This document shows, one piece after another, positions 50,554 to 63,007 of a stretch of 64,000 nt of DNA. This DNA is from an uncultured Pseudomonadales bacterium (GTDB lineage: Bacteria > Pseudomonadota > Gammaproteobacteria > Pseudomonadales > CAZYQX01): the NCBI GenBank assembly GCA_964649985.1, contig CAZYQX010000003.1:29704-93703 (forward strand), in the 5' to 3' direction. The notes beneath the pieces were generated by a model that was not told where the DNA came from, made no database searches, and was given only the letters and a program-made list of their open reading frames with translations. Position 1 is the first letter of the stretch. Every line of letters starts with the position of its first letter. The position numbers and the translations under genes are program-made.

Positions 50554-50843
50554 CTATGCAGTGCTAGCGGCAGTTTCTGGGGTGGGGCGGGGCCGTTGGT
50601 GAGGCAGGGTATCAGGCGGCTGTAGCTGGGCCCCGCGTCTGTGCTGCGGGTGCCGTTTGTTGCGCTTGGCTGAGTTGCGGCTTCTGGTTGTACCCAATCG
50701 GTCAGCGTGCCTCGGCTTGCCATGGTTGGGCGATGCCCCCACTAAGCGCGCCTAACATTGGGCGCGCATTTAAGTCAGGGGGGGCACTCCTGGATCTTCT
50801 AAGGCAGTACCCATCTGCCGTTCAGGAGCAGATGGCGTCTACT

Positions 50844-51617
50844 TTAGCGCTTGGCCATGAACGCCGCTTCGGCTAATACCTTGCCTTGGCTGTTGATGAC
50901 TTGCACTTGCCATAGCCCTGGCACATCGTAACTGACGTATTTGCTGGCGGCCGTCTTGCCCTCAGGGCTGGATTGAGTGGCCACTTTGGCCGCCAGTTTG
51001 CCATTGTGGTACCAGCGGTAGTAAACCGGTTGTTTGCCACCACTGAGCTCACCACTGAACACCACCTTCACGGCCTTTTTTTCGCTCAGACGGATGGCGC
51101 CCTTGTTCAGGTTGAGTGGCTCTTGATCGAGCACCTGATTGAGGGAGGCGTTCTTGATGGTCTTGCTGCTGTACTTCACTTGGCCGGGTTTCAGCTTGGC
51201 ATAGGGCGCCGGCACGTCAGACTGCAGCTGCTTGATAGGCTCTGCGGTGGGGGCTGAGGTTTTGGGGGCGGAGCTGGCCGCACGCGCCTCGCTTGCCTCT
51301 GGCGCTTGAGGGGTGGCGACGGGGGAGACCGCCTCTTCTGCCGAGGGTGGGGCGTCGGAGGGAGGTGGGTTGCCGCTTTCAGCCACGCCCGCGGCGCTCT
51401 CGGGCTCGGCAGGCTCCTCGGCCGGCGTGGCGGTAGGCTGCGTTTCGGTGGCGGCCGGTACCACCGCTACGGTGCTGGTGGCGGTATCAAGGCTGTCACC
51501 AGGCAGGTTGGCATACAAGGCCACGAGTATCATGATGAGGCCAATGATGGCGGGGATGATGCGGTGCCAGTGGTAGACGTATTCGACCTGCTCACTGCTG
51601 TCGTCGCGATAGTTCAT
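50844..51617 (-). CDS. DUF2914-like membrane-anchored protein with a Pro/Ala/Glu-rich linker
   Basis: ATG 51617 ([10 protein letters not shown]). One TM segment ([17 protein letters not shown]), a low-complexity PAxE linker and a C-terminal beta-rich block ([10 protein letters not shown]...[18 protein letters not shown]). Confidence 0.55.
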   Translation of the reverse strand: MNYRDDSSEQVEYVYHWHRIIPAIIGLIMILVALYANLPGDSLDTATSTVAVVPAATETQPTATPAEEPAEPESAAGVAESGNPPPSDAPPSAEEAVSPVATPQAPEASEARAASSAPKTSAPTAEPIKQLQSDVPAPYAKLKPGQVKYSSKTIKNASLNQVLDQEPLNLNKGAIRLSEKKAVKVVFSGELSGGKQPVYYRWYHNGKLAAKVATQSSPEGKTAASKYVSYDVPGLWQVQVINSQGKVLAEAAFMAKR

Positions 51618-51774
51618 GGCTTCGTATGCTGTGTGATGAATTTGGGCGGGGTAACCCCCGAATGTGCGCCAAGTGTAACACCGTCGGGGGCTCCAGGGCT
51701 GCGCCTGTTCAATGCGTGCCCATTCAGTTAAAATCACGCCCTTTTCCCACCGCTTTTACCGGGTTCTCACATCC

Positions 51775-52873
51775 ATGGCCGAGATCAACCCCATCGTCAA
51801 TGCCCTCAAGGATCTGCGCGACCGCACCGAGTCGCTTAGGGGGTATCTTTGACTACGAAACCAAACAAGAGCGCCTGACCGAAGTCGAGCTCGAACTGGC
51901 TGACCCAAAAGTGTGGGACAACCCTGAGCGCGCCCAGGCTTTGGGCCGTGAGCGGGTGGATCTGGAGCGCGTGGTTAAGGTGATCGACGAGGTCACAGGT
52001 ACCATTGGCGCTACCGAGGAGCTGCTGGAGCTGGGCGCCGCGGAAGACGACGAAGAGACCATCCAAGCCTGTGCTGACGAGGTGCAGGGCATCGAGAAAA
52101 TGGTCGCTGACCTCGAGTTCCGCCGGATGTTCTCAGGCGAGGCTGATGCGAACAACTGCTACCTGGAAATCCAGGCCGGTGCCGGTGGCACTGAAGCGCA
52201 GGACTGGGCCAGCATGCTGCTGCGCATGTACCTGCGCTGGGCGGAATCCCACGGTTTCAAGACCGAGGTGGTGGAAGAATCCGATGGTGAGGTCGCGGGC
52301 ATCAAGAGTGCCACCGTGTCCATCCAGGGCGAATACGCCTATGGCTGGCTGCGCACCGAGACCGGTGTGCACCGCCTGGTGCGCAAGTCGCCCTTCGACT
52401 CAGGTAACCGCCGGCACACCTCGTTTACTTCGGTGTTCGTCTCGCCCGAGATTGACGATAACATCCAGATCGAGATCAACCCGGCTGACCTGCGGGTCGA
52501 CACCTATCGTTCCAGTGGCGCTGGTGGTCAGCACGTGAACAAGACCGAATCCGCCATCCGCTTTACTCACATCCCCACCGGGGTTGTGGTGGCCTGCCAG
52601 AGCGAACGCTCCCAGCACGCGAACCGCGATAAGGCGATGAAGATGCTGCGGGCAAAACTGTATGAGCTGGAGATCCAGAAACGCAACGCCGAGAAGCAGG
52701 CGCTGGAGGATTCCAAATCCGACATCGGTTGGGGCAGTCAGATCCGCTCCTATGTGCTCGATCAGTCCCGCGTAAAGGATTTGCGCACCAATGTCGAAAC
52801 CAGCAACACCGGTGCCGTGCTGGACGGCGGCATCGACATGTTTATTGAAGCCAGCCTGAAATCCGGCCTGTAA
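51775..52873 (+). CDS. prfB: Peptide chain release factor 2, requiring a programmed +1 frameshift: join(51775..51849, 51851..52873)
   Basis: Frame 0 gives [25 protein letters not shown], then TGA at 51850. The +1 frame continues DYETKQERL...SPF...[13 protein letters not shown] (GGQ), collinear with E. coli RF2. Confidence 0.95.
51838..51853 (+). promoter_or_regulatory. RF2 autoregulatory recoding site (internal SD plus CTT TGA C slippery stop)
   Basis: AGGGGGTATCTTTGAC is identical in architecture to the canonical prfB frameshift cassette. Confidence 0.9.
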
Positions 52874-52881
52874 GAGCGCAT

Positions 52882-54384
52882 ATGAGCAAAGAACAGCAAA
52901 CACCCGTGCAAGAAGCCCAGGACGAGAACCGCCTGATCGCCGAGCGCCGCGCCAAGCTGAATCGCATGCGCGAGCGCGGCAATGCCTTCCCCAACACCTT
53001 CCGGCGCGACAGCTACGCCGAAGGCCTGGTGCGCGAGCACGGCCACCGCGAGAAGGCCGAGCTGGAGCAGGCCGGGGTGCGCGTCTCCGTGGCCGGCCGC
53101 ATCATGGGCAAGCGCAGCGCCTTCCTGGTGGTGCAGGACATGACCGGTCAGATCCAGTTCTATGTCAACAAGCAGAAGCTGGCGCCCGAACTGCTGGAAG
53201 ACATCAAGAGCTGGGACATCGGCGACATCATCGGTGGCAGCGGTGAGCTGCACAAGTCCAACGCCGGCGGTCTGTATGTGGATCTGGACCAGGCCCAGCT
53301 GCTGACCAAGAGCCTGCGCCCGCTGCCTGACAAGTGGCACGGCCTGAGCGACACCGAGACGCGCTATCGCCAGCGCTATGTCGACCTGATCGTCAACGAG
53401 GACTCGCGCCGGGTGTTCGCCCTGCGCTCGCGCATCATCGACGCCATCCGCGACTACCTCACCGATCGCGACTTCACCGAGGTGGAGACGCCGATGATGC
53501 AGGTGATCCCCGGCGGCGCCAGTGCGCGCCCCTTCACCACCCACCACAACGCGCTGGACATGCAGTTGTTCCTGCGCATCGCGCCCGAGCTTTACCTGAA
53601 GCGCCTGGTGGTGGGCGGTTTCGAGCGGGTGTTCGAGATCAACCGCAATTTCCGCAACGAGGGCTTGTCCACCCGACACAACCCCGAGTTCACCATGCTG
53701 GAGTTCTACCAGGCCTACGCCGATTACCGCGACCTGATGGATCTCACCGAAGACATGCTGCGCTACGTAGCGCATCGCGCCCTGGAGTCAGCCCAGTTCA
53801 CTTCCGGCGGCGTGGAGTACGACTTCGACCAGCCCTTCGCCCGCATCAGCGTGTTTGACTCCATCCTGCAGTTCAACCCTGAACTGAAGGCCGAACAGCT
53901 GCAGACGGTGGACGCTGCCCGCAAGGTGTGCGACACCTTGGGCATCCCCTGGAAAGAAGGCTATGGTCTGGGCAAGCTGCAGATCGAGATTTTCGAGAAG
54001 ACGGTGGAACACCGCCTGATCCAGCCCACCTTCATCACCGAGTACCCCACCGAGGTCTCGCCGCTGGCGCGCCGCAGCGACAGCAACCCCTTCGTCACCG
54101 ACCGCTTCGAGTTCTTCGTCGGCGGCCGGGAGCTGGCCAACGGCTTCTCGGAGCTCAACGACGCCGAGGATCAGGCCGAGCGTTTCCGGGCTCAGGTGGA
54201 GGCCAAGGATGCCGGTGACGACGAGGCGATGTTCTTCGATGAGGACTACATCACCGCCCTGGAGTACGGCCTGCCGCCGACCGCCGGGGAGGGCATCGGC
54301 ATCGACCGTTTGGTGATGCTGTTGACCGATTCACCCTCCATCCGCGATGTGCTGTTGTTCCCGCACATGCGTCCCCAGGGCTGA
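52882..54384 (+). CDS. lysS: Lysine--tRNA ligase (class II)
   Basis: 500 aa. [12 protein letters not shown] (OB domain), class II motifs [20 protein letters not shown] and [14 protein letters not shown]. prfB-lysS operon order. Confidence 0.97.
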   Translation: MSKEQQTPVQEAQDENRLIAERRAKLNRMRERGNAFPNTFRRDSYAEGLVREHGHREKAELEQAGVRVSVAGRIMGKRSAFLVVQDMTGQIQFYVNKQKLAPELLEDIKSWDIGDIIGGSGELHKSNAGGLYVDLDQAQLLTKSLRPLPDKWHGLSDTETRYRQRYVDLIVNEDSRRVFALRSRIIDAIRDYLTDRDFTEVETPMMQVIPGGASARPFTTHHNALDMQLFLRIAPELYLKRLVVGGFERVFEINRNFRNEGLSTRHNPEFTMLEFYQAYADYRDLMDLTEDMLRYVAHRALESAQFTSGGVEYDFDQPFARISVFDSILQFNPELKAEQLQTVDAARKVCDTLGIPWKEGYGLGKLQIEIFEKTVEHRLIQPTFITEYPTEVSPLARRSDSNPFVTDRFEFFVGGRELANGFSELNDAEDQAERFRAQVEAKDAGDDEAMFFDEDYITALEYGLPPTAGEGIGIDRLVMLLTDSPSIRDVLLFPHMRPQG

Positions 54385-54856
54385 GGAGTCGGCACCATGC
54401 ACTCAGGGATGAAGGCTGTCGGGCTGCTGTCGGCGCTGCTGTTGGCGGGCTGTTCGGGTACTGGCGGCACGCCGTACCCCACTGACGCCTCCAGCAGTGT
54501 AGGGCCCGTCAAGGATGCCGAACCCGGCCTGAGTCGCCGGCAAGGCCATGCGCTGGAAGAGCAAGCCTACGCTGCGCTGGCGCAAGGGCGCCGGGAGGAG
54601 GCGCGGGGATTGTTCCAGCGTGCCGCCGAGGGCGGCTTTAACCGCGCCTGGCTTGCGCTGGGTGCCCTGGCACTGCCGTCGGATACTGCATCGGCCGCCG
54701 AGGCCCTGGCGCACTATCGCCTGGGTACGGTTGCGCCAGAAGATGCCCTGTGGCTGGCCAGCCTGGAGCAGCAGCTCAGCCTGAGCCAGGAGCGGCAACG
54801 GCATGCGGCCGAGCTACAGCGGTTGAAGGCCGAGCTGCAGAAAAAGGAATCTGCCA

Positions 54857-56388
<1,532 letters not shown>

Positions 56389-56392
<4 letters not shown>

Positions 56393-56766
56393 GTGGCGCT
56401 GCTCTTGGCCAGCCAGTGCTTGATCTTCACCAGCAAGCGGGGAAGATCCACCGGTTTGACTTCATAATCGTTGCAGCCACTGGCCAGCGCCTGCTCCCGG
56501 TCGCCGGCCATGGCGTGGGCGGTCAGCGCAATGATGGGCAGTTTTTGCCAGCGGGGCTGGGCGCGCAGTTCCCGGGCGGTGGTCCAGCCATCCTTGATTG
56601 GGAGATCCATGTCCAACAGCACTAGATCGGGCTGAATCGCCTCCACCTGGCGCAGGGCATCTTCGCCGTCCACGGCCATCTCTACGCTAAAGCCTTGACG
56701 CTTCAGCCGCCGTGACAGCATGTCGCGATTGAGGTCGTTGTCTTCCACCAGTAGCAATGTGGTCAT
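56389..56766 (-). CDS. Single-domain response regulator (receiver only)
   Basis: 125 aa. LLVEDNDLNRD...DLVLLDMDLPIKDG...ALTAHAM...KP. The start overlaps the upstream stop (ATGA). Its stop overlaps the HK start. Confidence 0.9.
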
Positions 56767-58262
56767 TGCGCTGCAGTGTCCTCGAGTGTCAGATTGAAGG
56801 GGGCACCGATACCGAGAATGGGATAAATGCGTTGTCGGCCCTCGATTCCTTTGGGCTGCACCAGCTGGGCTTCACCCAGTTGCAGGCTGGCGCTGGCATC
56901 CTGCACCGTGGCCGCAGAGGCGAGGATATCGTCGCCTTCAGTGTAGGACTCGATACGCGAGGTGAGGTTCACATGGTGGCCCACCACGCCGTACTTGGCA
57001 CGTTTCTCCGAGCCGATATTGCCGGCGATCACCTCGCCGGTGTTCAGGCCGATGCCAATGCGGATCTGGGGCAGGCCCAGTGCCTGGTTGCGGGCATTGA
57101 CCGCGCGCATTTCATGTTGCATGGCGATGGCGCAGGCAATGGCTCGGTCTGAGTCGTCCGGGCGCGCCACGGGGGCGCCAAAGATGGCCAGGATGGCATC
57201 GCCGATGAACTCGTCCACCGTGCCGTTGAAGCGCATGATCACATCGGACATGGCGCCCAGGTAGTTGTTCAGCAGGGCCACCACCCGCTCGGGGGGCAGC
57301 TGTTCGCCGATGCGGGTAAAGCCGCGGATGTCGCACATCAGGATGGTGACCTTGCGGCGATCTCCACCCAATTCAAGGCCGCCAGGCTCTTCCAGCAGGC
57401 TGGCGACGATCTCCTCACTGAGATAGCGGCCAAATGTCTTGCGGATGAAGCGTTGGTTTTTCTCCAGCTCCCGGCGATAGGCGGCTTCGCGATCCTGCCA
57501 GCGCTTGCGTTCCAGGCAGTTGGCCACCCGGGCATTGAGCAGCACGCGGTTGATGGGTTTGACCAGATAGTCGTCAGCACCTGCTTCAATGCAGGGGATG
57601 ACCTTGGCGGTGTCTTGCAGGCCAGACACCATCACAACCGGGATGGAGCGCCATTCAGGGTGCTGTTTGAGTCGCAGCAGCATGTCATAGCCGCTGATAT
57701 CAGGCATCAGCAGATCCAGTAATACCAGGTCCACCACGCCGCTTTCGAGAATCTTGGTGGCTGCCAGGGCGGAGCCGGCCTGCAGCACTTCATGGCCCAT
57801 CTGGCCTAGATAGCGGGCCAACAGGGCGCGGTTGTCCGGGTTGTCGTCGATGACCAACACGCGCCCTGGCGGGTGGTTCTCCACGTCGATTTCCAGCGTC
57901 ACCGGGCTGTTGGCCGGCCGGCTCAGCTGCAATCGCGTGAGCAGTTGCTGCGCCACCTGTTGCAGCTCGGCAAGAATGGCATTGGCGGCGTGAGTTTCGG
58001 CCAATGTTTCGCCGATCAACTCCCCGTAGCCGGTGAGGGCGCCGAGGGCATTGCGCAGGTCGTGGCGAGGCCCGGGGGGCCACTGCTCAAGGCGATCGGG
58101 ATTATCGCGGAACAACTGGGAGGCTTGCTCTCGAGCGCGCTCCAGGGCAGACAAATCCTGTTGTAGCTCTGGCTCATCGTCCTGGCTACATGCCGCGTGC
58201 AAGCGCTCCACCAGCGCCGTCAGGGCTGTGGTGGATGGCGGCGTGGTGTCGGGTGTTGTCAT
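56763..58262 (-). CDS. Hybrid protein: N-terminal H-box-like helical segment, receiver domain and class III adenylate/guanylate cyclase domain
   Basis: HDLRNALGALTGYGELI (phosphotransfer-like), REC (VLVIDDNP...DLVLLDLLMPDISG...KP) and cyclase (TILMCDIRGFTRIGE, GDAILAIFGAP, GLNTGEVIAGNIG). ATG 58262 is preferred over TTG 58277. Confidence 0.85.
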   Translation of the reverse strand: MTTPDTTPPSTTALTALVERLHAACSQDDEPELQQDLSALERAREQASQLFRDNPDRLEQWPPGPRHDLRNALGALTGYGELIGETLAETHAANAILAELQQVAQQLLTRLQLSRPANSPVTLEIDVENHPPGRVLVIDDNPDNRALLARYLGQMGHEVLQAGSALAATKILESGVVDLVLLDLLMPDISGYDMLLRLKQHPEWRSIPVVMVSGLQDTAKVIPCIEAGADDYLVKPINRVLLNARVANCLERKRWQDREAAYRRELEKNQRFIRKTFGRYLSEEIVASLLEEPGGLELGGDRRKVTILMCDIRGFTRIGEQLPPERVVALLNNYLGAMSDVIMRFNGTVDEFIGDAILAIFGAPVARPDDSDRAIACAIAMQHEMRAVNARNQALGLPQIRIGIGLNTGEVIAGNIGSEKRAKYGVVGHHVNLTSRIESYTEGDDILASAATVQDASASLQLGEAQLVQPKGIEGRQRIYPILGIGAPFNLTLEDTAAQ

Positions 58263-58427
58263 GACGGAGGCGATCAAAGGATATTGTTGGATTATAGAAA
58301 GACTTAGACCAGCATACTACGATGATACATAAAGTTATGCCGGTAGCGTTGTATCCTTGAACAAGGGGGGCAGGGCCGCTACCATTGCTTCGAGCTGCCC
58401 GCCAGGTGGGCCCAACGGAGAGTGGAC

Positions 58428-59102
58428 ATGTCCGACGCTGTGGATGTCATTGCAATTCTTAAGAGTGTAGAGCTGTTCGAGGGCCTTACCGACACCGAGC
58501 TGTCGGCACTGGGCGAGCGCACCGTGGTGCGCAATTATCCCAAGAGCACGGTGATCATCAACGAGGATGACTACGCCGACTCCCTCTACATCATCGTATC
58601 TGGCCGGGTGAAGGTGTACTGCAGCGACAAGAGCGGCAAGGAGTACATCATGAACACCCTGGAGGGTGGCGAGTACTTCGGCGAACTCGCGCTGCTGGAT
58701 GACGACAAGCGCTCGGCCTCGGTGCGTACCCTTGAGAAGTCCACCTTCTGCGTGATGTACAAGCAGGACTTCTCCCAGATCATGGATCAGCACCCGGGTA
58801 TCGCCCGCACTCTGATGCGCAACCTGACCCGCCAGGTGCGCCACCTGACCAACACCGTGAAGAGCCTGGCGTTGCAGGATGTGTATGGTCGCGTCACCAA
58901 GGTGCTGACCAGCCTGTCGGTGCCTCGGGATGACGGCAAGTCCTATATTGAGGACCGCCTGACCCAGCAGGACATCGCCGATCGCGTCGGTGCCTCCCGC
59001 GAGATGGTGGCGCGCATCCTGAAGGATCTGTCGATCGGCAACTACATCGAGTTTGAAGATCGCCACATCGTGCTGAACGGCAAACTGCCGGCGCATTATT
59101 GA
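58428..59102 (+). CDS. Crp/Fnr-family cyclic-nucleotide-binding transcription regulator
   Basis: ATG 58428 after GGAGAG (GTG 58422 is also possible). cNMP-binding fold (GEYFGELALLDDDKRSASVRT) and a C-terminal HTH (TQQDIADRVGASREMVARILKDL). Confidence 0.85.
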   Translation: MSDAVDVIAILKSVELFEGLTDTELSALGERTVVRNYPKSTVIINEDDYADSLYIIVSGRVKVYCSDKSGKEYIMNTLEGGEYFGELALLDDDKRSASVRTLEKSTFCVMYKQDFSQIMDQHPGIARTLMRNLTRQVRHLTNTVKSLALQDVYGRVTKVLTSLSVPRDDGKSYIEDRLTQQDIADRVGASREMVARILKDLSIGNYIEFEDRHIVLNGKLPAHY

Positions 59103-59137
59103 TCGACAGGCGGGCCAAGCCTGCCTGATCCCTTCTC

Positions 59138-59165
59138 ACCGCGCCCTTGGGCGCGGTCATTTTTC
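59138..59165 (+). terminator. Rho-independent terminator after the crp-like gene
   Basis: ACCGCGCC (59138-59145) / CTTG / GGCGCGGT (59150-59157), followed by CATTTTT. Confidence 0.7.
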
Positions 59166-59421
59166 AGCCAATAGGGTTTGCCACCGTAAGGCTACCAATG
59201 CAGCGACGGGATGCCCGGTCATAAAGCTGAGAGATCAGCAATGTGCGCTGACGGCTTCTCTTCATGGGGCACATGGCTTGCTGATAAAGCGCTGTAGCAA
59301 GGTGGGGTAATTTGACGCCCTTGCCGCAGGGAGTTTTTCACATCCGGGACGGCACAATTTCAGCGGTGCAGGGGCGGCCTGAGCTCTATAGTGATCACAT
59401 CACGATAAGAGCAAAAGTGCC

Positions 59422-59550
59422 ATGACCAAGGCAGCCAAACTGAAGATGAACGAGTTGTTGGGGGCCGAGCGCCTGACCCGCTCCGAGCTGTTACTGCTCT
59501 CTACCTCGCTGCTGGCGCTATGTGCTGCGGTGGGGGTGTTTTTCCAATAA
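59422..59550 (+). CDS. Possible 42-aa small membrane protein (not in the ORF track; below its length cut-off)
   Basis: ATG...TAA gives MTKAAKLKMNELLGAERLTRSELLLLSTSLLALCAAVGVFFQ: a basic N-terminus plus one hydrophobic helix. No clear RBS. Confidence 0.25.
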   Translation: MTKAAKLKMNELLGAERLTRSELLLLSTSLLALCAAVGVFFQ

Positions 59551-59643
59551 GACCACATTGCCTGCGGCAAAGTAGGCAACGCATGCCGGGCCGTCAACGG
59601 CACCGGGTGTGCGTGTTTAGTCGCGGATGATATCTCGACGCGT

Positions 59644-60645
59644 TCAGCGCCCCCAGCGGAAGCCCGCACCCGCTATCCCCACCAATACCAGTGCCAGCCC
59701 GCCCAGATAGGCCAGGTGATGGGCAACCGCCACCAGACCTGCACCGTTGATCATGACCTCCCGTGAAGCCCGCACCAGGTGGGTGAGAGGCAGCCAGTTG
59801 GCCAACTGCTGCATCCAGGGGGCGGCACTGTCCAGCGAGAACCACACTTCCGACAGGAACATCATCGGCCAGGCCACCAGGTTGATCATGCCGTTGGCGG
59901 CTTCCTCGGCCTGGGTGCGCGAGGCGATCACCAGCCCCACCGCCAGCATGGCCAGGGTGCCACAAGCCGCCACGGCGAGCAGGTCGAGGTAGTGGCCGGC
60001 CACCTGGAGATCCAGCAGCCACAGACAGCCGGCAAACACGGCGGCGGTGGTGAGCAGGCTGATGAAGAAGCGCGAGGCCATCTGGGCCAGGATGAACTCA
60101 AAGGCGGTGACCGGGGTGGCGTGCAAGCGCTTAAGCACACCGTTTTGTCGGTAACGCACGATCATGTAACCGACGCCAAATAGGGCACTGAACATAAGAT
60201 TCATGCCCAGTACGCCGGGTACCACCCAGTCCACGTAGCGCACCCGCTGGCCTTGCACCGGTTGCGCCTGCCAATGGCCGGGTGAGGCGAGCAGCAGGCG
60301 TTCCAGCACCTGGCCGCGGCTGGATTGGGGGTTGATCCAGTAGTGGGCGACATCGGCTGCCAGCAGCAGGTGAAGCTGGTGTTGGCGAACCTGCTGCTCG
60401 GCGCGCTGCAGATCCTCCACCTGGCTGAGGCGCACCCAGGGTTCGGCCAGGAAGGGGAGCTCGGCACGGTAGGCGGCAGGGTCGCCTACCACGCCGACTT
60501 CAAACAGCTGCTCGCGATCAGAGGAAAAGGCAACAGCACAACCCAGGATGGCCAGTAGGGGAAACAGCAGTGCCCAGCCATAGGAGGAGCGATCGCGCAT
60601 GAATTCCAGGTTGCGGGCGTGCAGCAGGGCGAAAAAGCGACGCAT
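59644..60645 (-). CDS. ABC-2 type transporter permease
   Basis: 333 aa, six hydrophobic segments. 3 nt downstream of the ATPase gene. Confidence 0.8.
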   Translation of the reverse strand: MRRFFALLHARNLEFMRDRSSYGWALLFPLLAILGCAVAFSSDREQLFEVGVVGDPAAYRAELPFLAEPWVRLSQVEDLQRAEQQVRQHQLHLLLAADVAHYWINPQSSRGQVLERLLLASPGHWQAQPVQGQRVRYVDWVVPGVLGMNLMFSALFGVGYMIVRYRQNGVLKRLHATPVTAFEFILAQMASRFFISLLTTAAVFAGCLWLLDLQVAGHYLDLLAVAACGTLAMLAVGLVIASRTQAEEAANGMINLVAWPMMFLSEVWFSLDSAAPWMQQLANWLPLTHLVRASREVMINGAGLVAVAHHLAYLGGLALVLVGIAGAGFRWGR

Positions 60646-60648
60646 GGA

Positions 60649-61533
60649 TTAGTCCCGCAAGGCGTGGCCGGTGAGTTTGATGAACAGGTCTTCCAAGGTG
60701 GGGTTGCGCACCCGCAAGGCGTTGAGCCGCACCTGATGCTGAATCAGTGTCTCTAGGGTCTGCTCCACGTGCTGGGTGAGTATCTCCACCTCGTGGTCAG
60801 TTTCGACGATGGTTTCGTGTAGTTGATGGCGCACTGGCGCGAAGTCGCTGGGGGGGAGGCATACCCGCACATGATTGAAATGCTGTTTCAGCAGGGCGTG
60901 AGGGGAGCCTTGGGCAATTACGCGGCCCCGGTCTATGATGACCAGCTGGTCACACAGAGCCTCGGCTTCATCCATGTAGTGGGTACTCATGATCACGGTT
61001 TTCCCCTCCGCCTTGAGGCGTCGGATCAGCTCCCAGAAGCGCCGCCGGGATTGGGGGTCCAGGCCCGTGGTGGGTTCGTCGAGGAATACCAGACTGGGGT
61101 TGTTGATCAGCGCCAGGGCCAGCAACAGGCGCTGTCGTTGGCCGCCGGAGACCTGCTGGTGGGTGCGATGTTGCACCTCTTCAAGCTCACACTGTGCCAG
61201 CAACTGCTCCACCGGTAGGCTGTCGGGGTAGAAGCTGGCGAACAGGGCGAGATTTTCTCGCAGGCTTAGGCGATCCATCAGCGCGGTGTGCTGGAATTGC
61301 ACCCCCACGCGCTGGCGGAACTGGCGATCCCGGGGGCTGCCCTGAAACAGTACGTGCCCCGCGCAAGGTTCGGTCAGTCCCTCCATGATTTCCATCGTGG
61401 TGGTCTTGCCTGCCCCGTTTGGCCCCAGCAGACCAAAGCAGCTGCCCTGGGCAATCTGGAATGACAAACCATTCACGGCAGTCACCTTGCCGTAGCGTTT
61501 GACGAGGTCGCGGACTTCTAGGATCGGACTCAT
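60649..61533 (-). CDS. ABC transporter ATP-binding protein (ABC-2/drug-exporter type)
   Basis: Walker A GPNGAGKTT, signature VSGGQRQRL and Walker B LVFLDEPTTGLD. Confidence 0.9.
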   Translation of the reverse strand: MSPILEVRDLVKRYGKVTAVNGLSFQIAQGSCFGLLGPNGAGKTTTMEIMEGLTEPCAGHVLFQGSPRDRQFRQRVGVQFQHTALMDRLSLRENLALFASFYPDSLPVEQLLAQCELEEVQHRTHQQVSGGQRQRLLLALALINNPSLVFLDEPTTGLDPQSRRRFWELIRRLKAEGKTVIMSTHYMDEAEALCDQLVIIDRGRVIAQGSPHALLKQHFNHVRVCLPPSDFAPVRHQLHETIVETDHEVEILTQHVEQTLETLIQHQVRLNALRVRNPTLEDLFIKLTGHALRD

Positions 61534-61573
61534 GCGCTGGCTCTGAGAGGGCGGCCGTGCTCGCCTGGAGCTT

Positions 61574-63007
61574 GTGTACGGAGGTGTGGGGCGGCAGACT
61601 GTCGCCGCACGCCTGAATGCGTCAGTATATCACCCTTTTTTTGGCGCCCCTGGGGCGCAGTGGAGTCATGTTTTGATTCAGCGCAGCCTGGATGTGCTTG
61701 GCCAGTCCCTGGCGCCCTACCGGGATGGCCCGATGCGGGCGGCCCTAGCGCTGGGCTTTGGCTCTGGCCTGCCGCTCTATCTGGTGTTCTCAACCCTATC
61801 ATTCTGGCTGCGCGAGAGCGGCGTAAGCCGCGAGAGCATCGGCTATTTCAGTTGGGTGGCGATGGTGTATGCCATCAAATTCCTCTGGTCGCCACTGGTG
61901 GATGGCTGGCGCCTGCCAGCGCTGGGGCGGCTTGGCCGGCTGCGCGGCTGGTTGCTGTTGTCCCAGCTGGGGGTGATGGCGGGGCTGATGGCGATGGCGG
62001 TGGTCGATCCCCGCGTGGATCTGCAATTGATGGCGTTGCTGGCGGTGGGGGTGGCGCTGTGCTCCGCTACTCAGGATATCGCGGTGGATGCCTGGCGTAT
62101 TGAGCGTGGCCAACACTACCCGCAGGACCAGCTGGCCAGCGCCTACCAGTTGGGCTATCGGCTGGCCCTGATCGTGGCCTCTGCCGGCGCCCTCGAGCTG
62201 GCTGGCGTGCTTGAGGCCAGCGGTAGTGCTCAGCCCTGGCGCACAACCTATATGGCTATGGCGGCGCTGATGGGCCTCGCCTTGCTGACCACGTTTTGTA
62301 TTGACGAGCCGCATGTCGGGCATGAGGCACACCGGGCCGAGCGGTTGGCGGCGCTGGGGCGTGGCCCGCGCTGGCTGGCGCAGTTGCGGCTGTCGGTGTT
62401 GGAGCCGCTACTGGAGTTTTTCCGCCGCAATGGCCGGGCAGCCGTCCCCGTTCTGGCGCTGATTTGTTGTTACCGCCTGGCGGATGTGGTGCTGGGCGCC
62501 GTGGCCAATACGTTCTATGTGGACATGGGCTTCAGCAAGCAGGAGGTGGCCAGTGTCACCAAGCTGTTCGGGTTGGTGGTGACGGTGTTGGGGGTGTTTA
62601 TTGGCGGGGCCATGATGCGCCAGTGGGGGGTAGGGCGAGTGATGGTGATCGGTGCCTGGTTGGCATGCCTTTCTAACCTGCCGTTTGCTTGGCTGGCCTT
62701 GCAGGGCCATGATCTGAACGGGCTGATCATGGCCGTGTTTGCTGACAACTTGGCCGCCGGGTTGGCCACGGCGGCTTTCGTGGCGTATCTCTCCCGCTTG
62801 ACCCACGTGGATTTCTCCGCCACCCAGTACGCGCTGTTGAGTTCGCTGATGGTGCTGCTGCCGCGCTTTATCGGTGGCTACTCCGGCTGGGTGGTGGATC
62901 AGTGGGGCTGGGTACCATATTTCGTGGGTACCGCTGCATTGGGCTTGCCTGTCGTGTGGCTGGCGGCTTATGCATGTCGTTCACTGGATTCGGCCACTGT
63001 GGGTTGA
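61574..63007 (+). CDS. ampG: AmpG-family muropeptide MFS permease
   Basis: [28 protein letters not shown]...[22 protein letters not shown] is typical of AmpG. The real start is probably downstream of 61574 (for example TTG 61673 or Met at RDGPMRAA). Confidence 0.85.
   Translation: MYGGVGRQTVAARLNASVYHPFFGAPGAQWSHVLIQRSLDVLGQSLAPYRDGPMRAALALGFGSGLPLYLVFSTLSFWLRESGVSRESIGYFSWVAMVYAIKFLWSPLVDGWRLPALGRLGRLRGWLLLSQLGVMAGLMAMAVVDPRVDLQLMALLAVGVALCSATQDIAVDAWRIERGQHYPQDQLASAYQLGYRLALIVASAGALELAGVLEASGSAQPWRTTYMAMAALMGLALLTTFCIDEPHVGHEAHRAERLAALGRGPRWLAQLRLSVLEPLLEFFRRNGRAAVPVLALICCYRLADVVLGAVANTFYVDMGFSKQEVASVTKLFGLVVTVLGVFIGGAMMRQWGVGRVMVIGAWLACLSNLPFAWLALQGHDLNGLIMAVFADNLAAGLATAAFVAYLSRLTHVDFSATQYALLSSLMVLLPRFIGGYSGWVVDQWGWVPYFVGTAALGLPVVWLAAYACRSLDSATVG

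Noticed and set aside
50554-50843. 290-nt convergent intergenic region with small hairpins (GCGCGCC-N7-GGCGCGC at ~50744-50768; CCATCTGC-N9-GCAGATGG at ~50811-50835), considered as a possible sRNA.
   Set aside because: There is no promoter-like element and no U-tract. The hairpins are adequately explained as terminator-like structures for the two convergent genes.
58278-58427. CRP-type (TGTGA-N6-TCACA) autoregulatory site between the cyclase operon and the crp-like gene.
   Set aside because: No such palindrome is present. The closest, TTGTATCCTTGAACAA, is symmetric only in its outer 4 nt.
62968-63007. 40-nt convergent overlap of the ampG and histidine-kinase 3' ends, considered as a regulatory antisense arrangement.
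   Set aside because: Short convergent overlaps are common in compact high-GC genomes. No structure or motif was seen in the overlap.
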